DNA from: Heterodontus francisci
Lineage: Eukaryota
Assembly (NCBI RefSeq): GCF_036365525.1
Contig: NC_090373.1
Coordinates: 73,051,271 to 73,115,270 of the forward strand
Direction of reading: 5' to 3'
DNA: 64,000 nucleotides
Part shown: positions 24,435 to 35,632 of the stretch, one piece after another
Numbering within the stretch: the stretch's first letter is position 1
Layout: every line of letters begins with the position of its first letter
Program-made: the position numbers and the translations under genes
The notes under the pieces: generated by a model
Seen by the model: the letters and a program-made list of their open reading frames with translations, nothing else
Databases searched by the model: none
What the model was told of the DNA's origin: nothing

Positions 24435-26052
24435 CAGAGTGACTTGTGCAATCATCAGCGAACATCCCACTCCTGACCTTGATGTAGGAAGAAAGGTCAT
24501 TCATGAAGTAGCTGAAGATGTTTGAGCCAAGGAACTGCAGGAGCAATGTCGATTGCCCTTCAACAACCATAACCATCTTCCTTTGTGCTAGGTATTACTC
24601 CAGTCAGTGGAGAGTTTTCCCTGATTCCCATTGACTTCAATTTTGCTCCGACTCCTTGATTCCACATTCAGTCAAATGATCTCAAGGGCAGTCACTCTCA
24701 CCTCACCTCTGGTATCCAGCTCTTTTATCCATGTTTGGACCAAGGATCTAATGAGGTCAGAAGCTGGGTCGTCCTGGCAGAACCCAAACTGAGCATCGGT
24801 GAGCAGGTTGTTGTTGGGTAAGTGCTGCTTGATAGCACCATTAACAACACCTTCCATCACTTTGCTGTGAATCCATTTGGCTGAAGACTGGAATCTATAA
24901 TGGTGGGGGAGCTCAGGAGAAGGCCAAGATGGATCATCCACTCAGCACTTCTGTAATCAAGATGATTGCATTGCAAATGCTTCAGCCTTATCTTTTGCAT
25001 TGATGTGCTGGGCTCCCCCATCATTGAGGATGGGGATGTTTTTGGAGCCACCTCCTCCTGTTAGTTGTTTATTTGTCCACCACCATTCATGACTGGGTGT
25101 GGCAGGACTGCAGAGCCTTAATTTGATCCATTGGTTGTGTGATTGCTTAGTTCTCTATAATGCTGCTTCCACTGTTTACTATGCATGTAGTCCTGTGTTG
25201 TAGCTTCACCAGGTTGACACCTCATTTTTAGGTATGCCTGCTGCTGCTCCTGGCATGCTCTCCTAAACTCCTCATTGAACATTCATGCCACACAAGTGCC
25301 AGGCAATGATCATCTCCAACAAGAGAGAATCTAACCACCTCCCCTTGACATTCAGTGGAATTACCATTGCTGAATCACCCAACATCCACATCTTGGAGGT
25401 TACCATTGATCAGAAACTGAACTGGACCCACCATATAAATACTGTGGCTACAGAGGAGGTCAGAAGCTGGGAAATCTGTGGCAAGTAATAAACCTCCTGA
25501 CTCCCTGTCAACCATCTACAAGGCATAAGTCAGGAGTCTGATGGAATATTCTCCGCTTTCCTGAATGAGTTCAGCGCCAACAACACTCAAGAAGTTCAAC
25601 GCCATCCAGGAAAAAAGCAGCTTTCTTGATCGACACCATATCAGCCATGTTAAACATTCACTCCCTTCACCACAAGCACACCATGGCAACAGTATGTACC
25701 ATCTAAAAGACGCACAGCAGCAACCAACCAAAGCTCCTCCGATAGCACCTTCCAAGCTCACAACCTCTACCACCCAGAAGGTCAAGGACAGCAGATGCAT
25801 GGGAACACCACCACCTACAATTCCCCTCCAAGTCACACATCATCCTGACTTGGAAATATATCATCATTCTTTCACTGTCGCTGGGTCAAAATCCTGGAAC
25901 TCCCTTCCTAACAGCACTGTGGGTGTAGCTAAATCACATGGATTGCAGTGGTTCAAGAAGTCGACTCCCCACCGCACTCTCAAGGGCATTTAGAAATGGG
26001 AAAAAAGTTCTGGCCTTGCCAGCGATGCCCAAATCCCTTGAACAAATAATAA
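24435..26052 (+). mobile_element. Family-B LINE with inverted 5' segment (24435-25280 minus, 25280-26052 plus)
   Basis: Minus ORFs GMFADDCT and LLTDAQFGFCQ; plus part LNWTHHINTVAT through the 3' tail. Confidence 0.85.
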
Positions 26053-26597
26053 AACATTTCCCCACAATATTGATCCTTGGCCCCTCTTCTTCCTCTTCTA
26101 CATGGCAATATCATCCACAGACACATGGTTAGCTTGCACATGTCCAGTCGTGACACCCAAAGCTCTCCACCAAATATCTTTTCGACACTTTTGTTTCTCC
26201 AATTCTGTCCTCTTGTGCATCTCTTTTGCCATCACCCCATCAGTGGTAGCCGTGCCTTTGGCTGCCCACATCGCATGCTGCGGAATTCTCTACTTAAGCC
26301 CCTCTGCCTCCCCATCTCCTTTTATTTTAAGACCTTCTTAGAACCCAGCTCTTTGATCAAGCTGTTGGTCATTCTTTCCTTCTTTGATTTGCAACCCTTT
26401 TTCCTTACTATTCTATGAAATATCTTGGAATGTATTTCTACATGAAAGGTGCTACAAAAGTACAATTTGTTCTGTTTTTCTTTTGTTATTATTATAGTAG
26501 TAGTAGACATATGTAACAAACAGCTGAACTAAAGAATTACAAGTTGAGGGAATAATGGTCTTATTATTTTGCAGTTTATATGTAACTAGTTATGTTT

Positions 26598-26715
26598 TAG
26601 AACATAGAACAGAGCACAGTACAGGCCCTTTGGCCCACGATGTTGTCCCGCACCTTTAACCTACTCTAAGATCAAACTACCTACCTACCCTTCATTCTAC
26701 TATCATCCATGTGCC
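26598..26715 (-). mobile_element. CR1 3' tail fragment
   Basis: tagaacatagaac tail repeat and caggccctttggccc stem. Confidence 0.7.
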
Positions 26716-27677
26716 TATGGTTAGACTGCTTTTACCTCTCAATTCAAATTGGAATATTTTAGCCAACAGAAAGTAACTTTACGTTTTCTTTTGGTAGTTT
26801 AAATTACATCCTAGAAACACCAAAAGCAAAAGATATCTTCTCTCTCTCTCTCTACCTGCCTTGTGATTTTAGTTGTGATCTGCCTTATGTGTGGAGCTCC
26901 TATAATTCTATTGTAAATGTTGAAAATGCCATATATTCGCTTTGAAATTCACTAATTTGAGGATTTATTTCTTTACCAGTTATTCTCAGCATGGTACTAA
27001 TCAAAATCAACCCAATTATACTGCAGTATGCAATTATTTAACTGTGTTGTTACTGACAGCAGAGCAGCTGTGATTGCTGGAGACCATCAGTTATGACAAA
27101 TGTTTACTGTCAGGTCTAAAGGAGAATTTTTGCAATCTGTAGAGGATATGTATATCTTTATACTTTCTTGCTATCAATACATTGACTTATTGCTTTAAAG
27201 TGTATTGTAATGTATTATATACCGAATTAGACTGGTACAGGATGCTGGCTGACTGCCCGATTCAACTGGCAGAGGAGTCCGGTCCATTTTGAAGGTCGGG
27301 CCACACTACCATGCCACCGGTGAGCAGCAGATTCCAAACGGGAACCTCAGCTGCATCTTACTAGCTCTGGGCTGGCCAATCGTGGAGGGGGAGTGACCTC
27401 AGGGCGGTTGTGGTGCACCTTGTTCTTCTGGAGCCTGGAGGAGCACACCTGCCTCAAAAAGTTATCTTATTGGTGCATTTTCTGCGGGACCACCTGATAA
27501 AACTGGGCAGCTTGTGAATAGCACCTGTTCTACCCAGTTGCCCATCAAAAATTGCCACCAGAGTTCTAACTACGTCATAGGACACAAACGTGAATATTAA
27601 TAGGACCTACCACATGGAACAGGCCTGTACTTTGGCTGGCCTACAGAAAGAAAGAAGTAAGGAAGAAAGACTTGCAT

Positions 27678-28585
27678 GGTGAGTATGTTGTGAAGAGGCC
27701 ACAAGGAGGTTGCAGCCTGATATAGATAGGTTGAGTGAGTGGGCAAAAATCTGGCAGATGGAATATAATGTGGGAAAATGTGAAGTTATTCACTTTGGCA
27801 GGAAGAATAAAAAAGCAGAGTATTACTTAAATGGAGAACAGTTGCAGAATTCTGAGGTGCAGAGGGATCTAGGTGTTCTAGTGCATGAGTCACAAAAAGT
27901 TAGTATGCAGGTACAGCAAGTAATAAAGAAGGCTAATGGAATGCTATCCTTTATTATGAGAGGAATTGAAAATAAAAGTAAGGACGTTATGCTTCTGTTG
28001 TACAGGGCTTTGGTGAGACCACATCTCGAATACTGTGTGCAGTTTTGGTCTCCTTATTTAAGGAAGGATGTAAATGCGTTGGAGGAAGTTCAGAGGAAGT
28101 TTACTAGATTGATACCTGGAATGAGCGGATTGTCTTATGAGGAAAGGTTGGACAGACTGGACTTGTTTTCACTGGAGTTTAGAAGAGTGAGGGGAGACTT
28201 GATTGAAGTATATAAGATCCTGAACAGTCTTGACAAGGTGGATGTGTAGAGGATGTTTCCTCTTGTGGGTGAGTCCAGAACTAGGGAGCACTGTTTTAAA
28301 ATTAGGGGTCGCCCTTTTAGGATAGAGATGAGGAGAATTTTTTTCTCTCAGAGGGTTGTGTAACTTTGGAACTCTCTTCCTCTGAAGGTGGTGGAGACGG
28401 GGGTCATTAAATTATTTTTAAGGCAGAGGTAGATAGATTCTTGTTCGGCAAGGGAATCAAAGATTATTGGAGGTAAATGGGAGTGTGGAATTCTAGTCAG
28501 AAACAGATGAGCCATGATCTTATTGAATGGCGGAGCAGGCTCGAGGGGCCAAATGGCCTACTTCTACTCCAAAGTCGTATGGTCA
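27678..28585 (+). mobile_element. 5'-truncated CR1 LINE inserted in a SINE
   Basis: ORF 27710..28249 WQMEYNVGKCEVIHFG...LVRPHLEYCVQFWSP. TSD tgcat at 27673-27677 and 28586-28590. Confidence 0.92.
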
Positions 28586-28670
28586 TGCATAATGCCTTTC
28601 ACCACCATCGGACATCTCAAAGCACTTTACAGCCATTGAAGTATTTTTGAAGTGTAATCACTGTTGTAAT

Positions 28671-29723
28671 TGTTATGGCCAGGTGAGAAGGGGGTCTCAG
28701 GCTCCCTTCTTGCCCTTCCTCTTATTTTACCACAACAGGATTTATTCCTTTTAAACAGTCGTGGTGTTTACCACTTCTGTGAGTGTTTTACCTTTTTCCT
28801 TTACTGTGATATTGAAAGAACCAATCGGACAGGTTTTCTTGAATTTAAACAAGAAAGAGGTAAGTTGATTATACTTCACACTCTAACCCTAATTTAAAAA
28901 TACACTACACATTCTCACGAGAATCACACACAGACAAATAGATTACAGAGGGAAAAATAGATTTGGTGGTTGGATTAAAGTCCAGAATAAATGGAACTTA
29001 AGTACACAGTCTGTGAAGTGGGTGATCTGGTAGTCGTCGGCTGAAGCTGTATTCTTGAAGTCCTCGCTGATCAAAGTGTACTTTGTGGTTGGCCTGCTTT
29101 GCTCAGGGCTTTCTTGTGGGCAGAATTGTAGTCAGTTCTCTTCACCTAGTCGCTAGCTGTAGCAGTCCATCAGCTTGGAGGGTGCACAGTCACAGACGGT
29201 TTTCAAACTTGATGTTTTCTGGGGAGAGAGAAAGAGAGAGAGAAGGGGAAGCACACAGCTTTTTGCTGCTACACACTTTGTTATTGCTCGTCTTCTCTGA
29301 GTGTAACAAAACTTCTGTTTTTTCAGAGATGGACAGATAGTGACATGGTTCTCCCAATCCCCTTTGTTTTTAATGAGGTCCAAAGTCTAAAACCCAAAAG
29401 CTCTCACAAGTGGGGTTGTCAGTGTTTACTCACTGGAGGGACGTCTCCACTTATGACTGCCTCAAGATGGCTTTGCATGGCCTGCTAACGAGAATGATCT
29501 GGGTAATCTACTCAGTTAGTCAAAACATAGTTCTGGCTGGGCTTCTTGTTGGACTTTTATCTCCAGTTCAATCTCCTGGTATTTCAGATGCAAATTGCAG
29601 TGGCCATCTCGGCTGATGTTTTTTAAAAAGTTACTGTTGGATTTTTTTCCCATTAAAAGTCTAATGTTAGTTTTGAACCGATTAAATTAATATTTCGCAT
29701 TTGGCATAGGGGTTTTCTTGACA
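28671..29723. mobile_element. Solo LTR, 1053 bp
   Basis: TGTTA...TGACA termini. 4-bp TSD taat at 28667-28670 and 29724-29727. Interrupts the SINE consensus cactgttgtaat|gtaggaaa. Confidence 0.85.
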
Positions 29724-31223
29724 TAATGTAGGAAAGCCCCAATGAGGATGATGATGGCCAGAAAGTTGGTGTAAATTTAGGGGTGGGTGGTGGGGGTAAG
29801 CTATTATCAGATCGCTATCTCTGCATATAAACTGGGTGCCCCAAATTCAGTTCTACCCCATGGTATTTAGAACATGCTATAGTATGGAATTGTGGAAAAT
29901 TAGAAATGATATATACCATTTTGTGAGTTGAAAGGACTGTAAAAAGCTCAATGCCATGCTGTTGTTTTAAAATACTTCATACTAAACATTTATTTCAGGC
30001 AGATCAACTTTAGAATAATTAGGCCCCAGAATTCCTGCAGGTCTACTCCCCCACCCTCTTCTGCCATAATCACAAGCCAGAGACCCCATCCTAAATCCTG
30101 GGAAGAGGGTTATCTGCATAACCAGGGCAAGCACCTCAGTGTATCCACCCTCAAACTACCAGCTGCAGGTCACTGTGGCATTAGCTTTGACTGGCATGTG
30201 GCTTATGGATGGAATAAACATCATAATTTCTAGGTTAGCCTCCTCACTGTCACAGGCATACTCCTTTGACAGGGCGGAAGGGGCGGAAGATCTGAAACAA
30301 ACTGCTTACCAGAATTTAAAGGGTTGCAGAAACTGAACCAGAATCCTAGCATGACCAAGTTCTATCCTGGCAGCTCCTGGGTGGAATTTAGGCTTTCCAC
30401 TCTCTCCAACCTCAGCCATTTCCGAGCTTTAGTGTTTCTGCACTTGTCTCTTCTCAAAAGATAGTTTGCAACTTTTGAATTATCCAATAGCTTTATATTA
30501 GATAGTACAAGATATTTGAATCCAGTAAAGAGACTTTATTTCCCTCAACACTCACTCCAGCAATATATTCTAAATTGCACTAAAAGTGAATTTTGATATT
30601 TTTCAGTGGTGATGGTTTTGTCTAAGGGGAGATATGCTTCTCCACATATCATGAAAGAGATCTAATTAAGATTTTAAAAAGAATAATTGGTTTTATTTGA
30701 TAATGAGAGAAATTTTAATCTAAAAGTGTGAGTGGGTTAGGAAACAGGCAGCTGGTTAAATGAGCTGAAATTAATTCTGCATCAAGAAGCCAGCTGCAAA
30801 CCGTCAACAAAGTGATGGAAAGTGTCATGGCAGTGCTATCAAGTGGCACTTATTCACCAATAACCTGGTCACCAATGTTCAGTTTGGGTTCTGCCAGGAC
30901 CAGTCGGCTTCAGATCTCATTACAGCCTTGATGGTAAAAGGGCTGAATTCAAGAGCTGAATTCAAGAGGTGAGTTGAGAGCCCTTGACATCAAGGCAGCA
31001 TTTGACCAAGTGCGGCGTTAAGGAGCCCGAGCAGAATTGAAGTCAAAGTGTATCAGGGGAAAAACTCTCCACTGGTTGGAATCATAATCCTCTAACCAAA
31101 AAAAAAAAGGACTCGGTGGGGTGTTTATAAGGTAAGGCTTTTTCGATTTCTCTGGTTTTATTGTGATTGGTAAAAACTTTTCGTTCCTTTTTCATTTAAC
31201 TAAGTTTAAACTTAAGATTAAAA

Positions 31224-32171
31224 ATGGCAGGAGATCTCAGACCCGTATCATGCTCCTCTTGCTCAATGTGGGAGCTCAGGGACATGGCTGATGACCCTGG
31301 CTCCTTCACGTGCAGGAAGTGTGTCCAGCTGCAGCTCTTGTTAGACCGCATGACGGCTCTCGAGCTGCGGATGGACTCACTTTGGAGCATGCGCGATGCT
31401 GAGGAGGTCGTGGATAGCACGTTTAGTGAATTGGTCACACCGCAGATTAGGATTGCTGAGGGAGAAAGGGAATGGGTGACCAAAAGGCAGAGAAAGAGCA
31501 GGAAGGCAGCGCAGGAGTCCCCTGCGGTCATCTCCCTCCAAAACAAGTATACCGTTTTGGATACTGTTGAGGGAGATGGCTCACCAGGGGAAGGCAGCAG
31601 CAGCCAGGTCCATGGCACCGTGGCTGGCTCTGCTGCTCAGAAGGGCGGGAAAAAGAGTGGAAGGGCTATAGTCGTAGGGGATTCGATTGTAAGGGGAGTA
31701 GACAGGCGGTTCTGTGGTCGAAAACGAGGCTCCCGAATGGTATGTTGCCTCCCAGGTGCACGGGTCAGGGATGTCTCAGATCGGCTGCAGAACATTCTAA
31801 AGGGGGAGGGTGAACAGCCAGTTGTCATTGTGCACATAGGCACTAATGATATAGGTAAAAAACGGGATGAGGTCCTACAAGCAGAGTTTAGGGAGTTAGG
31901 AGCCAAGTTAAAAAGTAGGACCTCAGAGGTAGTAATCTCAGGATTACTACCAGTGCCACGTGATAGTCAGAGTAAAAATGAAAGAATAGTCAGGATGAAT
32001 GCGTGGCTTGAGAGATGGTGCAGGAAGGAGGGGTTCAGATTTTTGGGACATTGGGACCGGTTCTGGGGGAGGTGGGACTATTACAAATTGGACGGTCTAC
32101 ACCTGGGCCGGACTGGAACCAATGTCCTTGGAGGTGCTTTTGCTAACGCTTTTGGGGAGGGTTTAAACTAA
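31224..32171 (+). CDS. CR1 ORF1p: N-terminal CxxC...CxxC zinc finger, coiled coil, SGNH esterase domain
   Basis: 315 aa intact; CSSC/CRKC, VVGDSIVR, HIGTND, DGLHL. Confidence 0.93.
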   Translation: MAGDLRPVSCSSCSMWELRDMADDPGSFTCRKCVQLQLLLDRMTALELRMDSLWSMRDAEEVVDSTFSELVTPQIRIAEGEREWVTKRQRKSRKAAQESPAVISLQNKYTVLDTVEGDGSPGEGSSSQVHGTVAGSAAQKGGKKSGRAIVVGDSIVRGVDRRFCGRKRGSRMVCCLPGARVRDVSDRLQNILKGEGEQPVVIVHIGTNDIGKKRDEVLQAEFRELGAKLKSRTSEVVISGLLPVPRDSQSKNERIVRMNAWLERWCRKEGFRFLGHWDRFWGRWDYYKLDGLHLGRTGTNVLGGAFANAFGEGLN

Positions 32172-35023
32172 TGTGGCAGGGGGATGGGAACCAATTGAGG
32201 TCAGTTGACAGTGAGGAGGTAGTAACAAAAGCCTGTAAGAAACTAGATAATGAAGTCAGTGTGACTAAGGGGAAGAGCAGGCAGGGAGCAGATGATGAAT
32301 ATAAAGGGACTGGTAGTCTGAGGTGCATTTGTTTTAATGCAAGAAGTGTAGTTGGTAAGGCAGATGAACTTAGGGCTTGGATTAGTACCTGGGAGTATGA
32401 TGTTATTGCTATTACTGAGACTTGGTTGAGGGAAGGGCATGATTGGCAACTAAATATCCCAGGATATCGATGCTTCAGGCGGGATAGAGAGGGAGGTAAA
32501 AGGGGTGGAGGAGTTGCATTACTGGTCAAAGAGGATATCACAGCTGTGCTGAAGGAGGGCACTATGGAGGACTCGAGCAGTGAGGCAATATGGACAGAAC
32601 TCAGAAATAGGAAGGGTGCGGTAACAATGTTGGGGCTGTACTACAGGCCTCCCAACAGCGAGCGTGAGATAGAGGTACAAATATGTAAACAGATTATGGA
32701 AAGATGTAGGAGCAACAGGGTGGTGGTGATAGGAGATTTTAATTTTCCCAACATTGACTGGGATTCGCTTAATGTTAGAGGTCCAGATGGAGCAGAATTT
32801 GTAAGGAGCATCCAGGAGGGTTTTCTAGAGCAGTATGTAAATAGTCCAACTCGGGAAGGGGCCATACTGGACCTGGTGTTGGGGAATGAGCCCGGCCAGG
32901 TTGTTGAAGTTTCAGTAGGGGACTACTTTGGGAATAGTGATCACAATTCCGTAAGCTTTAAAATACTCATGGACAAAGACGAGAGTGGTCCTAAAGGAAG
33001 AGTGCTAAATTGGGGGAAGGCCAACTATACCAAAATTCGGCAGGAGCTGGGAAATGTAGATTGGGAGCAGCTGTTTGAAGGTAAATCCACATGTGATATG
33101 TGGGAGGCTTTTAAAGAGAGGTTGATTAGCGTGCAGGAGAGACATGTTCCTGTGAAAATGAGGGATAGAAATGGCAAGATTAGGGAACCATGGATGACAG
33201 GTGAAATTGTGAGACTTGCTAAGAGGAAAAAGGAAGCATACATAAGGTCTAGGCGGCTGATGAAAGACGAAGCTTTGAAAGAATATCGGGAATGTAGGAC
33301 CAATCTGAAACGAGGAATTAAGAGGGCTAAAAGGGGTCATGAAATATCTTTAGCAAACAGGGTTAAGGAAAATCCCAAAGCCTTTTATTCATATATAAGG
33401 AGAAAGAGGGTAACCAGAGAAAGGATTGGCCCACTAAAGGACAAAGGAGGAATGTTATGCTTGGACTCAGAGAAAATGGGTGAGATTCTAAACGAGTACT
33501 TTGCATCGGTATTCACCGAGGAGAGGGACATGACGGATGTTGAGGTTAGGAACAGATGTTTGATTACTCTAGGTCAAGTCGGCATAAGGAGGGAGGAAGT
33601 GTTGGGTATTCTAAAGGGCATTAAGGTGGACAAGTCCCCAGGTCCGGATGGGATCTATCCCAGGTTACTGAGGGAAGCGAGAGAGGAAATAGCTGGGGCC
33701 TTAACAGATATCTTTGCAGCATCCTTAAACACGGGTGAGGTCCCGGAGGACTGGAGAATTGCTAATGTTGTCCCCTTGTTTAAGAAGGGTAGCAGGGATA
33801 ATCCAGGTAATTATAGACCGGTGAGCCTGACGTCAGTGGTAGGGAAGCTGCTGGAGAAGATACTGAGGGATAGGATCTATTCCCATTTGGAAGAAAATGG
33901 GCTCATCAGTGATAGGCAACATGGTTTTGTGCAGGGAAGGTCATGTCTTACCAACTTAATAGAATTCTTTGAGGAAGTGACAAAGTTGATTGATGACGGA
34001 AGGGCTGTCGATGTCATATACATGGATTTCAGTAAGGCGTTTGATAAGGTTCCCCATGGCAGACTGATGGAGAAAGTGAAGGCGCTTGGGGTCCAAGGTG
34101 TACTAGCTAGATGGATAAAGAACTGGCTGGGCAACAGGAGACAGAGAGTAGCAGTAGAAGGGAGTTTCTCAAAATGGAGACGTGTGACCAGTGGTGTTCC
34201 ACAGGGATCCGTGCTGGGACCACTGTTGTTTGTGATATACATTAATGATTTGGAGGGAAGTATAGGTGGACTGATTAGCAAATTTGCAGACGACACGAAG
34301 ATTGGTGGAGTAGCAGATAGTGAAGGGGACTGTCAGAGAATACAGCAGAATATAGATAGATTGGAGAGTTGGGCAGAGAAATGGCAGATGGAGTTCAATC
34401 AGGGCAAATGCGAGGTGATGCATTTTGGAAGATCCAATTCAAGAGTGAACTATACAGTAAATGGAAAAGTCCTGGGGAAAATTGATGTCCAGAGAGATTT
34501 GGGTGTTCAGGTCCACTGTTCCCTGAAGGTGGCAACGCAGGTAATTAGAGTGGTCAAGAAGGCATACGGCATGCTTTCCTTCATCGGACGGGGCATTGAG
34601 TACAAGAGTTGGCAGGTCATGTTACAGTTGTATAGGACTTTGGTTCGGCCACATTTGGAATACTGCGTACAGTTCTGGTCGCCACATTATCAAAAGGATG
34701 TGGATGCTTTGGAAAGGGTGCAGAGGAGGTTCACCAGGATGTTGCCTGGTATGGAGGGCGCTAGCTATGAAGAGAGGTTGAGTAGATTAGGATTATTTTC
34801 ATTAGAAAGACGGAGGTTGAGGGGGGACCTGATTGAGGTGTACAAAATCATGAGAGGTATAGACAGGGTGGATAGCAAGAAGCTTTTTCCCAGAGTGGGG
34901 GTTTCAATTACTAGAGGACACGAGTTCAAAGTGAAAGGGGAAAAGTTTAGGGGGATATGCGTGGAAAGTTCTTTACGCAGAGGGTGGTGGGCACCTGGAA
35001 TGCATTGCCAGCGGAGGTGGTAG
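32171..35023 (+). CDS. CR1 ORF2p: APE-type endonuclease plus reverse transcriptase; 1-nt frameshift near the C-terminus (restored stop at 35124)
   Basis: 950 aa; NARS, ITETW, GDFNFP, LDLVL, SDH, DFSKAFD, PQGSVLGP, FADD. Confidence 0.95.
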   Translation: MWQGDGNQLRSVDSEEVVTKACKKLDNEVSVTKGKSRQGADDEYKGTGSLRCICFNARSVVGKADELRAWISTWEYDVIAITETWLREGHDWQLNIPGYRCFRRDREGGKRGGGVALLVKEDITAVLKEGTMEDSSSEAIWTELRNRKGAVTMLGLYYRPPNSEREIEVQICKQIMERCRSNRVVVIGDFNFPNIDWDSLNVRGPDGAEFVRSIQEGFLEQYVNSPTREGAILDLVLGNEPGQVVEVSVGDYFGNSDHNSVSFKILMDKDESGPKGRVLNWGKANYTKIRQELGNVDWEQLFEGKSTCDMWEAFKERLISVQERHVPVKMRDRNGKIREPWMTGEIVRLAKRKKEAYIRSRRLMKDEALKEYRECRTNLKRGIKRAKRGHEISLANRVKENPKAFYSYIRRKRVTRERIGPLKDKGGMLCLDSEKMGEILNEYFASVFTEERDMTDVEVRNRCLITLGQVGIRREEVLGILKGIKVDKSPGPDGIYPRLLREAREEIAGALTDIFAASLNTGEVPEDWRIANVVPLFKKGSRDNPGNYRPVSLTSVVGKLLEKILRDRIYSHLEENGLISDRQHGFVQGRSCLTNLIEFFEEVTKLIDDGRAVDVIYMDFSKAFDKVPHGRLMEKVKALGVQGVLARWIKNWLGNRRQRVAVEGSFSKWRRVTSGVPQGSVLGPLLFVIYINDLEGSIGGLISKFADDTKIGGVADSEGDCQRIQQNIDRLESWAEKWQMEFNQGKCEVMHFGRSNSRVNYTVNGKVLGKIDVQRDLGVQVHCSLKVATQVIRVVKKAYGMLSFIGRGIEYKSWQVMLQLYRTLVRPHLEYCVQFWSPHYQKDVDALERVQRRFTRMLPGMEGASYEERLSRLGLFSLERRRLRGDLIEVYKIMRGIDRVDSKKLFPRVGVSITRGHEFKVKGEKFRGICVESSLRRGWWAPGMHCQRRW

Positions 35024-35632
35024 ATGCGGGCACGATGGAGTCTTTTAAGATGTATCTAGACAGATACATGAATGGGCAGGAAGAAAAGAGATACAGAAGC
35101 TTAGAAAATAGGCGACATGTTTAGAGAGAGGATCTGGATCGGCGCAGGCTTGGAGGGCCGAAGGGCCTGTTCCTGTGCTCTAATTATCTTTGTATAACTA
35201 GCACAAAGGAAGATGGTTGTGGTTGTTGGAAGCCAAACATCTCAGTTCCAGGACATCACTGCAGGAGTTCCTCAGGGTAGTGCCCTAGGCCCAACTATCT
35301 TCAGCTACTTCATCAACAACCTTTCTGCAAACATATGGTCAGAAGTGGGGATGTTTACTGATCATTGCATATTGTCCAGTACCATTCACAACTCCTCAGT
35401 TACTGAATCAATTCATGTCCACATGTAGTAAGACCTGGACAACATCCAAGCTTGGGCTGATAAGTGGCAAGTAACATTCGCGCCACCCAAGTGCCAGGAA
35501 ATGATCATTTCCAACAAGAGAGAATATAAACATCTCTCCTCGACATTCAACAGCCTCACCATTGCTGAATCCCCCACCATCAACATCCCGGGTGGGTTAC
35601 CATTGACCAGAAACTTAACTGGACCAGCCCAC

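Larger units (their letters stand above)
23450..26475 (+). mobile_element. Old L2-type LINE remnant split by two insertions
   Basis: FKTVVITPLLQK...LANCHPISNPTFLSKLL; resumes at ~26060 (atccttggcccctcttc); L2-like tail near 26450. Confidence 0.65.
31088..35193 (+). mobile_element. Near-intact two-ORF CR1 LINE (family A)
   Basis: ORF1 plus ORF2, 3' stem gggccgaagggcct, 4-bp TSD ataa at 31084-31087 and 35194-35197. Confidence 0.95.
30800..35632 (+). mobile_element. Family-B LINE RT fragment split by the full-length CR1 (parts 30800-31087 and 35198-35632)
   Basis: LDIKAAFDQV before the insertion and AGVPQGSALGPTIFSYFIN after it; tggaatcata|actagcacaaagg rejoins. Confidence 0.85.

Noticed and set aside
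31196-34423. Several antisense ORFs over the CR1
   Set aside because: Shadow ORFs of the LINE coding strand; similar peptides recur opposite other CR1 copies.
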